In this document: in pieces, positions 16,416-24,696 of the stretch | Layout: each line of letters starts with the position of its first letter | Position numbering within the stretch: the stretch's first letter is position 1 | Source of the DNA: Chthonomonadales bacterium | GTDB taxonomy: Bacteria; Armatimonadota; Chthonomonadetes; Chthonomonadales; CAJBBX01 | Reading direction: 5' to 3' | Assembly: GCA_037443035.1 (NCBI GenBank) | Contig: JBBIPC010000028.1 | Location: forward strand, 1,712-29,592 | DNA length: 27,881 nt | Translations under genes and position numbers: made by a program | Notes under the pieces: model-generated | Told to the model about the DNA's origin: nothing | What the model saw: only the letters and a program-made list of their open reading frames with translations | The model's database searches: none

Positions 16416-17351
16416 CTAAGGCGCCTGTCGCAAGGCCTCCACATACCAGTCCAAGAACGCCTCTTTGCGTGGGTTCACCAATACCACGGCGTTCGGCTCG
16501 CCTTCGACCACTCGCGTCATGCCGTCGTTCTCGACCTCTATCCTCACGGGCTTCTCGTCGGCGAACCGGTGCCCCGCCGCATATGCGGCTGCGACCGGGT
16601 CGTACAGCGTCGGCACAGGCATGCCCCAAAGCAGGCGCAGGGATGCGATGGCGTCCGTCGTCCGCTTTCCGAAAGCCGCTAGCTTCTTCTGACGCTGCTC
16701 GTCCAGTTTCATCATGGTCGTTGCATCGAGACCGGCCATGACGATCGGGACGCCGCTCCCCATCACGATTCGAGCAGCAGCGGGATCGCACCGAATGTTC
16801 CACTCAGCGACCGGAGGTGGTTCGGCGTTATAGCCGACGAAGTGGGAGCCTCCCATCATGACGATCCGCTTGACCTTCGTCCGAACCTCCGGGTACCGCG
16901 AGAGCAAGTCCCCTAGGTTCGTCAGAGCACCGATTGTCACAATCGTGATCTCGCCAGGCGCTTTGTTGACCTGCTCGCGTAGGAACTCGACGGCAGTTGT
17001 CTTCTGCAGGGAACGCGAACGGAATCCGGCCGCCCACAGGTACTGGGGCCCTATCTTGTGATCACCGCGTCTGCCGGCGCACACGGGCACGTCCTTGTGC
17101 CCCATGACCCACAGCAGCTTGGCCGCCAGCTCGGCACGCTTGTCTGTTTCTCCGAATACAGTCGTGACGCCAACGAGTTTCACCTCGGGCAGTACCGCCA
17201 GTAACGCAAGTGCATACACGTCGTCCACGTCATCGCCTATATCCGTATCCAGGATGATCTTGGTCTGCGCCTGTGACGCGCCGACTGGCATAGTGGCCCC
17301 TAACAGCCCAGCTAGCAAACACACGATTCCTACCCTCCCCAGCATTCCCAA
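16416..17351 (-). CDS. Nucleoside hydrolase family protein with N-terminal signal peptide
   Basis: DTDIGDDVDD Ca-binding motif, IGALTN, MGG, AEWNI and LYDP. The N-terminus (VGIVCLLAGLLGATMPVGASQA) looks like a Sec signal. GGAGG RBS before TTG 17351. Confidence 0.85.
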   Translation of the reverse strand: MGMLGRVGIVCLLAGLLGATMPVGASQAQTKIILDTDIGDDVDDVYALALLAVLPEVKLVGVTTVFGETDKRAELAAKLLWVMGHKDVPVCAGRRGDHKIGPQYLWAAGFRSRSLQKTTAVEFLREQVNKAPGEITIVTIGALTNLGDLLSRYPEVRTKVKRIVMMGGSHFVGYNAEPPPVAEWNIRCDPAAARIVMGSGVPIVMAGLDATTMMKLDEQRQKKLAAFGKRTTDAIASLRLLWGMPVPTLYDPVAAAYAAGHRFADEKPVRIEVENDGMTRVVEGEPNAVVLVNPRKEAFLDWYVEALRQAP

Positions 17352-17390
17352 GTTGCGTCCCCTCCGAACGAGCCCCCCGCTAGTGCATGA

Positions 17391-18800
17391 CTACGAATGG
17401 CGATACACGTCCCAGCCCAAGTACGTCTCCATCGCATCGGCCACTGCATCCGCGACCAGCGCATGCGCTGCGGCTACGTGGTGCTCGAAGCCGACCTTGC
17501 AGATGTAGCGGAGGAGCTGCTGCAGGTTCGGGATGTGCGCCACACCAGCGCCACCGAAGGTGTCCAGCGGATCCTCCGTGAACTCGCCCTCGCCGACGTA
17601 CGCGCTCATCGTGCCGCTCAGATCATCTGTGGCAACACGACAGAACGTGAAGGGCCCTGGCTTTATCCTGCCGACGATCGTGCCGTACGTATTCTCGATA
17701 CCGACGGTACCTCCGATGATGTCCTGCACACTCATGCGCGCGCAGCTCATACATCCTGTCGGAATGTTGCTGCAATGGAAGAGGACGCACTTGTCGGGAT
17801 CCTCGCCGTAGTTGTTGTTCCAGTCCAGCAGCGCCGCTGGCTCTCCGGCAGCTAGCGTCAGGGCGTACATGGCCAGTGCACCGGTGACGTCTACTTCGCA
17901 GGCGCTGGGCATGAGCCGGTTACTCATCATGCTCATGACCGTACAAGGAACCACTCCGTAGAACTCCTCCATGGCGGTCCAGCACTGGATGGCTGTCGCG
18001 ACGAGTCCGTTCTCTGTGGTCCATTCCTCGATAGCCGCCGCCAGCTTGGCCATTTTCAGCAGAGCCTGAGATGGTGTCTCGCCAGTGTCCACGTAGCCTC
18101 GAATCGCTGCGACTTTCTCCTTTACCACCCCAGCATTGTCATCCAATCTGCTCGCTCTTCCCATCATCTCGAAGAGGTCTATGGGCTCGACCGTGATGCC
18201 ATTGGTCTCCAGGATCTTCTCACTGAAGCGTACGGTGTTGAACGCCGCTGGCCGAGCACCTATGGCGCCGATGCGCGCATGGCGAAGACCTCTCACGACT
18301 CGGCATGTCGCCGCGAAACGGCGCAGATCCGTCCGAAATTCCGGTGTGTCCGGAGCCACGGTATGCCGCTGCGTGAGCGTGTAGGGAATGCCGTACTGGG
18401 TGAGGTTGTTGCATACGGACATCTTGCCGCAGAAGCTGTCGCGGCGGTCGCGGATCGTCATCCTGCCTGCTTCGTCTGGAAACGCATGGATGAGAACCGG
18501 CAGGTCCACGTCCGCCATGCGCAGCGTCTCGGCGACACCTCGCTCGTCCCCGAAGTTGGGCAGCGTGACGATGATGCCGTCTATCTCCGCCGCGTGCTTC
18601 CGGAACAGTTCGGCGCACTTGGCAGCATGCTGGCGTGTCTCGACAGAGCCAAACGGCGTGTCGTCCGGCGTGAGCGCTATGGCGCCGAACCCCTCCGACG
18701 CGAGGACGGCTAGTATCTCCTTGCGACCGTCCTCGCACAAGTGATCAGGGAAGAACCCCCGATTGCCGACGATGACACCGAACGTCGTTCTCTTGCTCAT
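17391..18800 (-). CDS. L-fucose/L-arabinose isomerase family protein (non-canonical AraA candidate)
   Basis: Motifs LPNFGDE, RRDSFCGK, AIQCW, ACEVD, FHCSN and GFEHHVA of the FucI/AraA superfamily. AAGGAG RBS before ATG 18800. Follows araB-araD. Confidence 0.85.
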   Translation of the reverse strand: MSKRTTFGVIVGNRGFFPDHLCEDGRKEILAVLASEGFGAIALTPDDTPFGSVETRQHAAKCAELFRKHAAEIDGIIVTLPNFGDERGVAETLRMADVDLPVLIHAFPDEAGRMTIRDRRDSFCGKMSVCNNLTQYGIPYTLTQRHTVAPDTPEFRTDLRRFAATCRVVRGLRHARIGAIGARPAAFNTVRFSEKILETNGITVEPIDLFEMMGRASRLDDNAGVVKEKVAAIRGYVDTGETPSQALLKMAKLAAAIEEWTTENGLVATAIQCWTAMEEFYGVVPCTVMSMMSNRLMPSACEVDVTGALAMYALTLAAGEPAALLDWNNNYGEDPDKCVLFHCSNIPTGCMSCARMSVQDIIGGTVGIENTYGTIVGRIKPGPFTFCRVATDDLSGTMSAYVGEGEFTEDPLDTFGGAGVAHIPNLQQLLRYICKVGFEHHVAAAHALVADAVADAMETYLGWDVYRHS

Positions 18801-18837
18801 ATACTCGAACTCCTTGGGTATGCCTTCGCCCTGGTGC

Positions 18838-19536
18838 CTACGACTTCTTGGATTGACCGTAGTAGGCTCCGGGACCGTGTTTTCGAAGAAAGTGTCGATC
18901 CAGCAGGGCATCGCTGATCGCATGGGGCGACTCCGCCAACGCCTCCGTCAGCCAGGCCGTTCTGGCGACTTCTTCCAGGACGATGCTGTTTTCTACCGCT
19001 TCGGTGACCGTGCGGCCCCAGGTGAACGGCCCGTGGCCCGCGACCAACACTGCGGGCATCTCCAGCGGCGATCGGTCACCGAAGGTCCGGAGGATCACTT
19101 CTCCGGTGTTCCGCTCGTAGTCTCCGGCTATTTCCGCGTCGCTCAGGCTGTCGGTGACGGGCACAGCACCCCGGAAATTGTCCGCATGTGTGGTCCCGTA
19201 GCATGGCAGCGAGCGCCGGGCCTGGGCCCAGGCGGTGGCGTACGTCGAGTGTGTATGGGCGATCGCTCCGACTTCCGGCCACGCCCGGTACAGGACCAGG
19301 TGCGTCGGAGTGTCTGACGATGGACGAAACGCCCCGTCTACAACCTTGCCATTGAGATCCAGCACCACCATCTGCTCGGGGAGCATGTCGTCGTAATGAA
19401 CACCGCTGGGCTTGATAACGATGTAGCCCGTGTCTGGGTCGCGTGCACTGACGTTGCCCCACGTGAGAATCACCAGGCCGGAGCTCTTGAGCGCCAGGTT
19501 CGCTTCGCAGACGCCGATCTTGAGTTTGTGTATCAT
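18838..19536 (-). CDS. araD: L-ribulose-5-phosphate 4-epimerase
   Basis: TWGNVS, IKPSGV, PSSDTPTH, HTHS, GTTHAD, HGPFTWG and the C-terminal HFLRKHG..AYYGQ signature. Confidence 0.95.
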   Translation of the reverse strand: MIHKLKIGVCEANLALKSSGLVILTWGNVSARDPDTGYIVIKPSGVHYDDMLPEQMVVLDLNGKVVDGAFRPSSDTPTHLVLYRAWPEVGAIAHTHSTYATAWAQARRSLPCYGTTHADNFRGAVPVTDSLSDAEIAGDYERNTGEVILRTFGDRSPLEMPAVLVAGHGPFTWGRTVTEAVENSIVLEEVARTAWLTEALAESPHAISDALLDRHFLRKHGPGAYYGQSKKS

Positions 19537-19558
19537 GGTCCTTCCCGTCCAGGAGGTA

Positions 19559-21241
19559 TCAGGAAGTACTCTGCTTGATCTTTAGTAGCTTCTTCATGAT
19601 GTCCCCCAGGCTGTCGGCATGGTCCCGCAGACCGAATGCGTCATGTAGCCGCTTGTAAAGGCCGTAGATCTCCTTGTAAACGGCATGGCGCTTCTCATCT
19701 GGCCGGTAGGTTGCCGAAAGGCTGCTGGCCATGGCGGCTTGTGCCTCTTCGGTGGTCGCGTAACCACCATCGGCCGGTCCCGCCGCCACAGCGCCAAAGA
19801 TTGCAGCGCCAAGAGCACATGTCTGGGCGGACTTCGTGACACTGATGGGCTGGCCGTGCACATCCGCGTAGATCTGCATGAGCAGTGGGTTCTTCTCCGC
19901 GATGCCGCCGCATGCCACCACCTGCTCCACGGCTACTCCGTACTCGCGCAAGCGGTTCTGGATGGTCAGCGAACCGAAAGCGGTCGCCTCGATGAGCGCA
20001 CGGTAGATCTCGGCGCGCGTTGTGTGGAGTGTTTGGCCCAGCAGGAGACCTGTCAGGCGCGCGTCCACGAGAACCGTTCGGTTGCCATTGTTCCAGTCGA
20101 GGGCCAGAAGGCCGCTCTGGCCCGGCTGGAGTCTGGCAGCTTCGTCGGTCAAGCGCACGTGGAGAGAGGCATCACCCTCGCACACGTATGTGACGAACCA
20201 GTTGAAGATGTCTCCTACGGCAGACTGGCCCGCCTCGATGCCCCAGTAACCAGGTAGAACCGAACCATCTACGATACCGCAGACTCCGGGGATGTCGCCC
20301 GCAGCGCTGTCTCGTGACGCCACTGTGATGTCGCAACTGGACGTGCCGATGATCTTCACGAGCGTGCCCAGGCCCACTCCTGCGCCGACGCCTCCCATAT
20401 GCGCGTCGAATGCCCCCACCGAAACGGCGATACCCGGTCGGAGCCCGAGCCTTGCAGCCCATTCCTCGCACAACCCTCCAGCGCGCACGTTCGCAGTGTC
20501 CGCACTCTCGTAGAGGCGTGCTCGCAGCGCCCCGATTCTCGGATCGAGAAGGGACAGGAACTGCGAATCCGGCAGACCGCCCCAATCCGCAGCGTACATG
20601 GCCTTGTGACCAGCGGCACACACGCTGCGCTTGATCCGATCCGGTCGCAACTCACCTACGAGGAGTGCCGGGATGTAGTCGCAGAACTCCACCCAGCTAT
20701 GAGCCGCCTCGAAAACGACCGGATCCACGTTGAGACAATGCCATATCTTGGAGAAGAACCACTCGGAGGAATACGTGCCGCCACACCTTCTCAGGTACTC
20801 GGGCCTGTGTTCTGCGGCCAATGCCGTGATCTTCTCCGCTTCCGCCATGCTCGAGTGGTCCTTCCACAGCCACGCTAGTGCGTTCAGGTTGCCATCGAAC
20901 TCCTTCTTGAAGCACAGCGGTGTGCCGGAAGCGTCCACAGGCATGGGCGTGCTGCCAGTCGTATCCACGCCGACTCCAATGATGCTGTCTGCGGCGAAAT
21001 CCGGGATCGCCTTAGCCATCTCCAGTGCCGCCGCGACGCTGCCCTCGAGTCCGTCGTGGTAGTCAGCCGGATGCTGACGCGCGACGTGGGGATTGGCTGG
21101 GTCGGAGATCACGCCGTGATCCCCACGGGCGTAATCGTGGACTGCAGTTGCCACCTCTTCACCCGTGCGGACGTCCACGATGAGAGCCCGCACGGAGTTC
21201 GTACCAAAATCCAGCCCAAGCGCATACCGGGGTTCGGACAT
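19559..21241 (-). CDS. araB: Ribulokinase (FGGY family)
   Basis: LGLDFGTNSVRA, DTTGSTP, WLWKDH, YSSEWF, CAAGHKA, AFDAH, EAGQSAVGDIF and LDWNNGNRT, all typical of AraB. Confidence 0.93.
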   Translation of the reverse strand: MSEPRYALGLDFGTNSVRALIVDVRTGEEVATAVHDYARGDHGVISDPANPHVARQHPADYHDGLEGSVAAALEMAKAIPDFAADSIIGVGVDTTGSTPMPVDASGTPLCFKKEFDGNLNALAWLWKDHSSMAEAEKITALAAEHRPEYLRRCGGTYSSEWFFSKIWHCLNVDPVVFEAAHSWVEFCDYIPALLVGELRPDRIKRSVCAAGHKAMYAADWGGLPDSQFLSLLDPRIGALRARLYESADTANVRAGGLCEEWAARLGLRPGIAVSVGAFDAHMGGVGAGVGLGTLVKIIGTSSCDITVASRDSAAGDIPGVCGIVDGSVLPGYWGIEAGQSAVGDIFNWFVTYVCEGDASLHVRLTDEAARLQPGQSGLLALDWNNGNRTVLVDARLTGLLLGQTLHTTRAEIYRALIEATAFGSLTIQNRLREYGVAVEQVVACGGIAEKNPLLMQIYADVHGQPISVTKSAQTCALGAAIFGAVAAGPADGGYATTEEAQAAMASSLSATYRPDEKRHAVYKEIYGLYKRLHDAFGLRDHADSLGDIMKKLLKIKQSTS

Positions 21242-21288
21242 AGGACGTCTCCTTAGCTAACGGTCATCTACGGCCACACTCGCGCAGG

Positions 21289-21316
21289 GTGACCCTTCGA
21301 TCTGCCAGAGTATAAT
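21289..21316. promoter_or_regulatory. Overlapping divergent -10 elements between araB and the ATPase gene
   Basis: Plus strand has GTGACC (21289-21294), N16, TATAAT (21311-21316). Minus strand has TATACT (21314-21309) pointing toward araB. Confidence 0.5.
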
Positions 21317-21395
21317 TCCCTTTGCGACGGCTTTTCCCTGCTTGGCAGGCGACAGGACGACATCGGGGAACGCCGCTTCCCTCTGAGGATACACC

Positions 21396-22157
21396 ATGGA
21401 CGCAGAGACTACCGAAGAAATAGCCAGGCACTGCCGAGAGATCGCCCGCTGCAATCAGCGCGGAGGACGTATGCTCTCCGTCGTGGACCTGGTCGAAGCA
21501 GGAACGCTGCCAAGCGACGTAGCGGCGTACTGCATTGCGGCCGTTTCAACTGGGAAGTCGTTTCTCGTCGGAGCATCGCCTGGAGGTGCCGGAAAGACGA
21601 CGGTCATGGGAGCGCTGCTGAACTTCGTTCCGCCCCATCTGCCGCTGGCCGCCGCCACTGAACAGGCGGTGCTCCACGGGGCGAATCTCCACCGTTGCTG
21701 GGTCTGCCATGAGATCGGATCCGGTCCGTATTTCGCATATCTGTGGGGTGAACCGCTCCGGGCGTGGTTCCGATTAGCCAGGAATGGCAGCATGCTCGCG
21801 TCCAACCTCCACGCCGACTCGATGCACGAGGTAGAGCATCAGATCCTCGGGCAGAACAGCGTGCCCCGCGAAGATTTCCAGCACATCGGTCTCATCCTCT
21901 TTCTCCAGCTACAGCGACGACCTCAAGGACACGCTCGCTACGTGTCCGAGATCTACGAGTGCGATGGTACCTCCCCCCATCGGCTGGTATGGTCACGGGC
22001 CAGCGGGCACGTAGCGCCTTCTCAGATTGTCACTACGGAGCGAACGCGCTGGGCGCAAGCGCTTCTAGCCGACATGCTGGGGCGACACTGCCGCACCATC
22101 GAAGAAGTGCGCGCAGCATTCTTGGAGGCATGGCAGCGCCTACCGCCTGGCAGCTAG
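21396..22157 (+). CDS. Stand-alone VirB11/TadA(CpaF)-like P-loop ATPase lacking the N-terminal domain
   Basis: LSVVDLVEAGTL, Walker A GASPGGAGKTTVMGALL, Walker-B-like WVCHEIG, His-box ASNLHADS and RYVSEIYE. Only 253 aa. GAGGA RBS. Confidence 0.7.
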   Translation: MDAETTEEIARHCREIARCNQRGGRMLSVVDLVEAGTLPSDVAAYCIAAVSTGKSFLVGASPGGAGKTTVMGALLNFVPPHLPLAAATEQAVLHGANLHRCWVCHEIGSGPYFAYLWGEPLRAWFRLARNGSMLASNLHADSMHEVEHQILGQNSVPREDFQHIGLILFLQLQRRPQGHARYVSEIYECDGTSPHRLVWSRASGHVAPSQIVTTERTRWAQALLADMLGRHCRTIEEVRAAFLEAWQRLPPGS

Positions 22158-22189
22158 GCCATCCTTTGTGCTAGGAAGGCGACAGCAGC

Positions 22190-23104
22190 CTAGCCCATGT
22201 ACTGGCGAAGGTAGCGCGCCGACTGGCGCAGAGCTTCCTTGCGCGTGTCGAGCGTACCCTCGTAGGCCCTGTCCTCCACTTCGACACACACGGGACCATT
22301 GTATCCCGCATCCGTCAGGGCGGAGAAGAACTTGCCCCAGTCCACATCGCCGAGACCGGGCAGCTTGGGTACATGGTACTCCAGCGGTGTTGCCAGAACG
22401 CCGACTTCGGCCAGCCGGTGGCGGTCAACGCGTGCGTCCTTTGCATGGACGTGGAAGAACCTACTTCCGAACTCACGGATGGCCGCGATGTAGTCCATCT
22501 GCTGCCACACGAAGTGGGATGGATCGAAGTTCAGCCCGAGGTTGTCGGCGTCGAGGTCTGCGAACAGCCGACGCCAGATCACAGGGCTGGTGGCGAGGTT
22601 CTTCCCCCCTGGCCACTCGTCAGCCGTGAAGAGCATGGGACAGTTCTCGATGCCGATACGTATTCCGAGACTGCCAGCATACGTTGTCAGTTCCCTCCAA
22701 AGCGCCAGCATGTCCGGCCAGTTCGCTTCCACCGAGCGCGTCCAGTCGCGACCGATGAACGTATTCACCACGCCGACACCCAGCCTGGACGCCGCCTCGA
22801 AGACCTTCTTGAGATGGGCCGTGCAAGCTGCTGCTTCCGATCGGTCCGGCGAGAGAACGTTGGGGTAGTAACCTAGGCCGCTGATGCGCACATTGGTAGT
22901 CTCGCAGAGCGCATGGATGGAGGCGATGCGCTCGTCGCTGAGATCGGCCACGTCTACATGGGTGACGCCAGCATATCGGCGCTCGGCCTTGCCCACGGGC
23001 CAGCACATGAGCTCCACGCAGTCGAAGCCCTCCTTGGCAGCGAACTGCATGACCTCCTCCAGCGTTAGATCCGGCAAGATGGCACTCACGAATCCCAGCT
23101 GCAT
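22190..23104 (-). CDS. Sugar phosphate isomerase/epimerase (xylose-isomerase-like TIM barrel, AP_endonuc_2 family)
   Basis: Metal-ligand motifs GIENC, NFDPSH, HVHAKD and VEVED. AGGAG RBS before ATG 23104. Confidence 0.88.
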   Translation of the reverse strand: MQLGFVSAILPDLTLEEVMQFAAKEGFDCVELMCWPVGKAERRYAGVTHVDVADLSDERIASIHALCETTNVRISGLGYYPNVLSPDRSEAAACTAHLKKVFEAASRLGVGVVNTFIGRDWTRSVEANWPDMLALWRELTTYAGSLGIRIGIENCPMLFTADEWPGGKNLATSPVIWRRLFADLDADNLGLNFDPSHFVWQQMDYIAAIREFGSRFFHVHAKDARVDRHRLAEVGVLATPLEYHVPKLPGLGDVDWGKFFSALTDAGYNGPVCVEVEDRAYEGTLDTRKEALRQSARYLRQYMG

Positions 23105-23275
23105 ACCTGACTCCTTTCGAAATGTGATGTCGCCGATGATGGCACTTTGTATCATGTTCCCTGCATGTTGCCTGCCGATCAGCAGGACTCGAGAAGCGCG
23201 GCCAGGAATCCATTGTTGAACCGCGCCGTGCCACCAAGTCGAGCCTGCGGCAATGTACGCCTAGGGAGGAACCTC

Positions 23276-24163
23276 ATGCCCGACACGACAGTTGCATTCA
23301 TCGGTACCGGCCTCATGGGACTGCCCATGGCACAGAATATCATGCGTGCTGGCTATCCGCTGGTCGTCCATACGCGTACCCAGGCGAAAGCTAGGCCTCT
23401 ACTCGACACAGGCGCGCGATGGGCTGACACTCCCGCCGACGCCGCAGCCCTTGCCTCCGTCGTGATCACCATGGTATCGGATACCCCGGATGTTCGGCAC
23501 GTCCTACTGGGTGAGCGTGGGGTCGTGGAGACCGCGCAACCGGGTTCTCTCGTGATTGATATGAGCACAATCTCGCCAAGCGCGACTCGGGAGATGGCAG
23601 CAGAACTGGCAAGAAGAGACATTGACATGCTGGATGCGCCGGTGTCAGGAGGCGTCAAGGGAGCCATCGAGGGCACGCTTTCCATCATGGTGGGTGGCAG
23701 GGCAGAAGTCCTCGGACGTGCGCGTCCCATACTGGAAGCCATGGGCAAGAACATCGTGTATTGCGGCGGGCACGGGCAGGGGCAGATGACCAAGCTCTGT
23801 AACCAGATCGCCGTGGCGAATCACATGATCGCTGCAGCCGAGGCCATCGTTCTCGCCAGACGAGCCGGACTCGACCCGCACGCACTTGTCCAAGCTATCG
23901 GCGCAGGAGCAGCCGGTAGCTGGGTTATCAACGTCCTCGGCCCGAAGATGGCAGATCATGACTTCGCACCCGGCTTCATGGTCAAGCTTCTCCAGAAGGA
24001 CCTGCGACTTGTCATGCAGGCCGCTTCTGAGCTATCGGTCTCGCTGCCCGGAACAGCGCTGGCACATCAGCTCTACGCGGCCCTGGAAGCCGAGGGGCGA
24101 GGCGACGATGGCACACAGGCCCTGATCCGCGTCTTCGAGAAGCTCGCCGGCATGGACGAATGA
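23276..24163 (+). CDS. NAD(P)-dependent beta-hydroxyacid dehydrogenase (2-hydroxy-3-oxopropionate reductase / 3-hydroxyisobutyrate dehydrogenase family)
   Basis: FIGTGLMGLPMA, DMSTISP, DAPVSGG, catalytic KLCNQ and KDL motifs. GGAGG RBS before ATG 23276. Confidence 0.92.
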   Translation: MPDTTVAFIGTGLMGLPMAQNIMRAGYPLVVHTRTQAKARPLLDTGARWADTPADAAALASVVITMVSDTPDVRHVLLGERGVVETAQPGSLVIDMSTISPSATREMAAELARRDIDMLDAPVSGGVKGAIEGTLSIMVGGRAEVLGRARPILEAMGKNIVYCGGHGQGQMTKLCNQIAVANHMIAAAEAIVLARRAGLDPHALVQAIGAGAAGSWVINVLGPKMADHDFAPGFMVKLLQKDLRLVMQAASELSVSLPGTALAHQLYAALEAEGRGDDGTQALIRVFEKLAGMDE

Positions 24164-24190
24164 TGCTCCGAGCCGTGTAGCCTACTGTTG

Positions 24191-24661
24191 TCAGGAGCGT
24201 GGCGCTGTGACCTTTCGGACCGTGACGAGGAAGTCGGTAATGGTGAGAATCTCCGTACGACCATCTTTGCGCTTCACTCTGAACCTTCGCTCCTCTGGCA
24301 CGACAGTGACCTCGTCGCCCGCGTCCGTCTGTCCACCAATGAGCACGGCAGTCCCCCGCTTGAACATCTTGACGTTCCTGAGGTGGCTCATGTAGTACGC
24401 TACCACCTGCGCTTGCTCGGCCCGTACCTGTAGTCGAAAGGTATACGCCACTCCTCCCCCCAGAGGTGCTGCGATGCCATTCTCCCCGGGCGCAAGCCGA
24501 GCTCCTGGGCAGACCGGCACGTGAAGCGCGGCCATGTCGGGTTTCGCCCTTGTCGTCACGACCGGCGATGGATGGGGTCTGACAAGCCGCTGGCAGCCAG
24601 CTACCAGCAGTATGCACAGGAGGATCAGTCCACGAGTACAGCGTTCAAGCAGCGCGATCAT
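24191..24661 (-). CDS. Hypothetical lipoprotein
   Basis: GGAGG 8 nt before ATG 24661. Hydrophobic stretch ending in the lipobox LVAG-C. Begins 35 nt after the stop of the PQQ-like gene. Confidence 0.7.
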   Translation of the reverse strand: MIALLERCTRGLILLCILLVAGCQRLVRPHPSPVVTTRAKPDMAALHVPVCPGARLAPGENGIAAPLGGGVAYTFRLQVRAEQAQVVAYYMSHLRNVKMFKRGTAVLIGGQTDAGDEVTVVPEERRFRVKRKDGRTEILTITDFLVTVRKVTAPRS

Positions 24662-24696
24662 CCATGACACCTCCACCGCTGGGCACGTGCCAGAGG

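Noticed and set aside
21396..22157. Conjugative element or Tad pilus locus
   Set aside because: No pilin, TadB/C, VirB4, relaxase or integrase lies nearby, and the flanks are metabolic genes.
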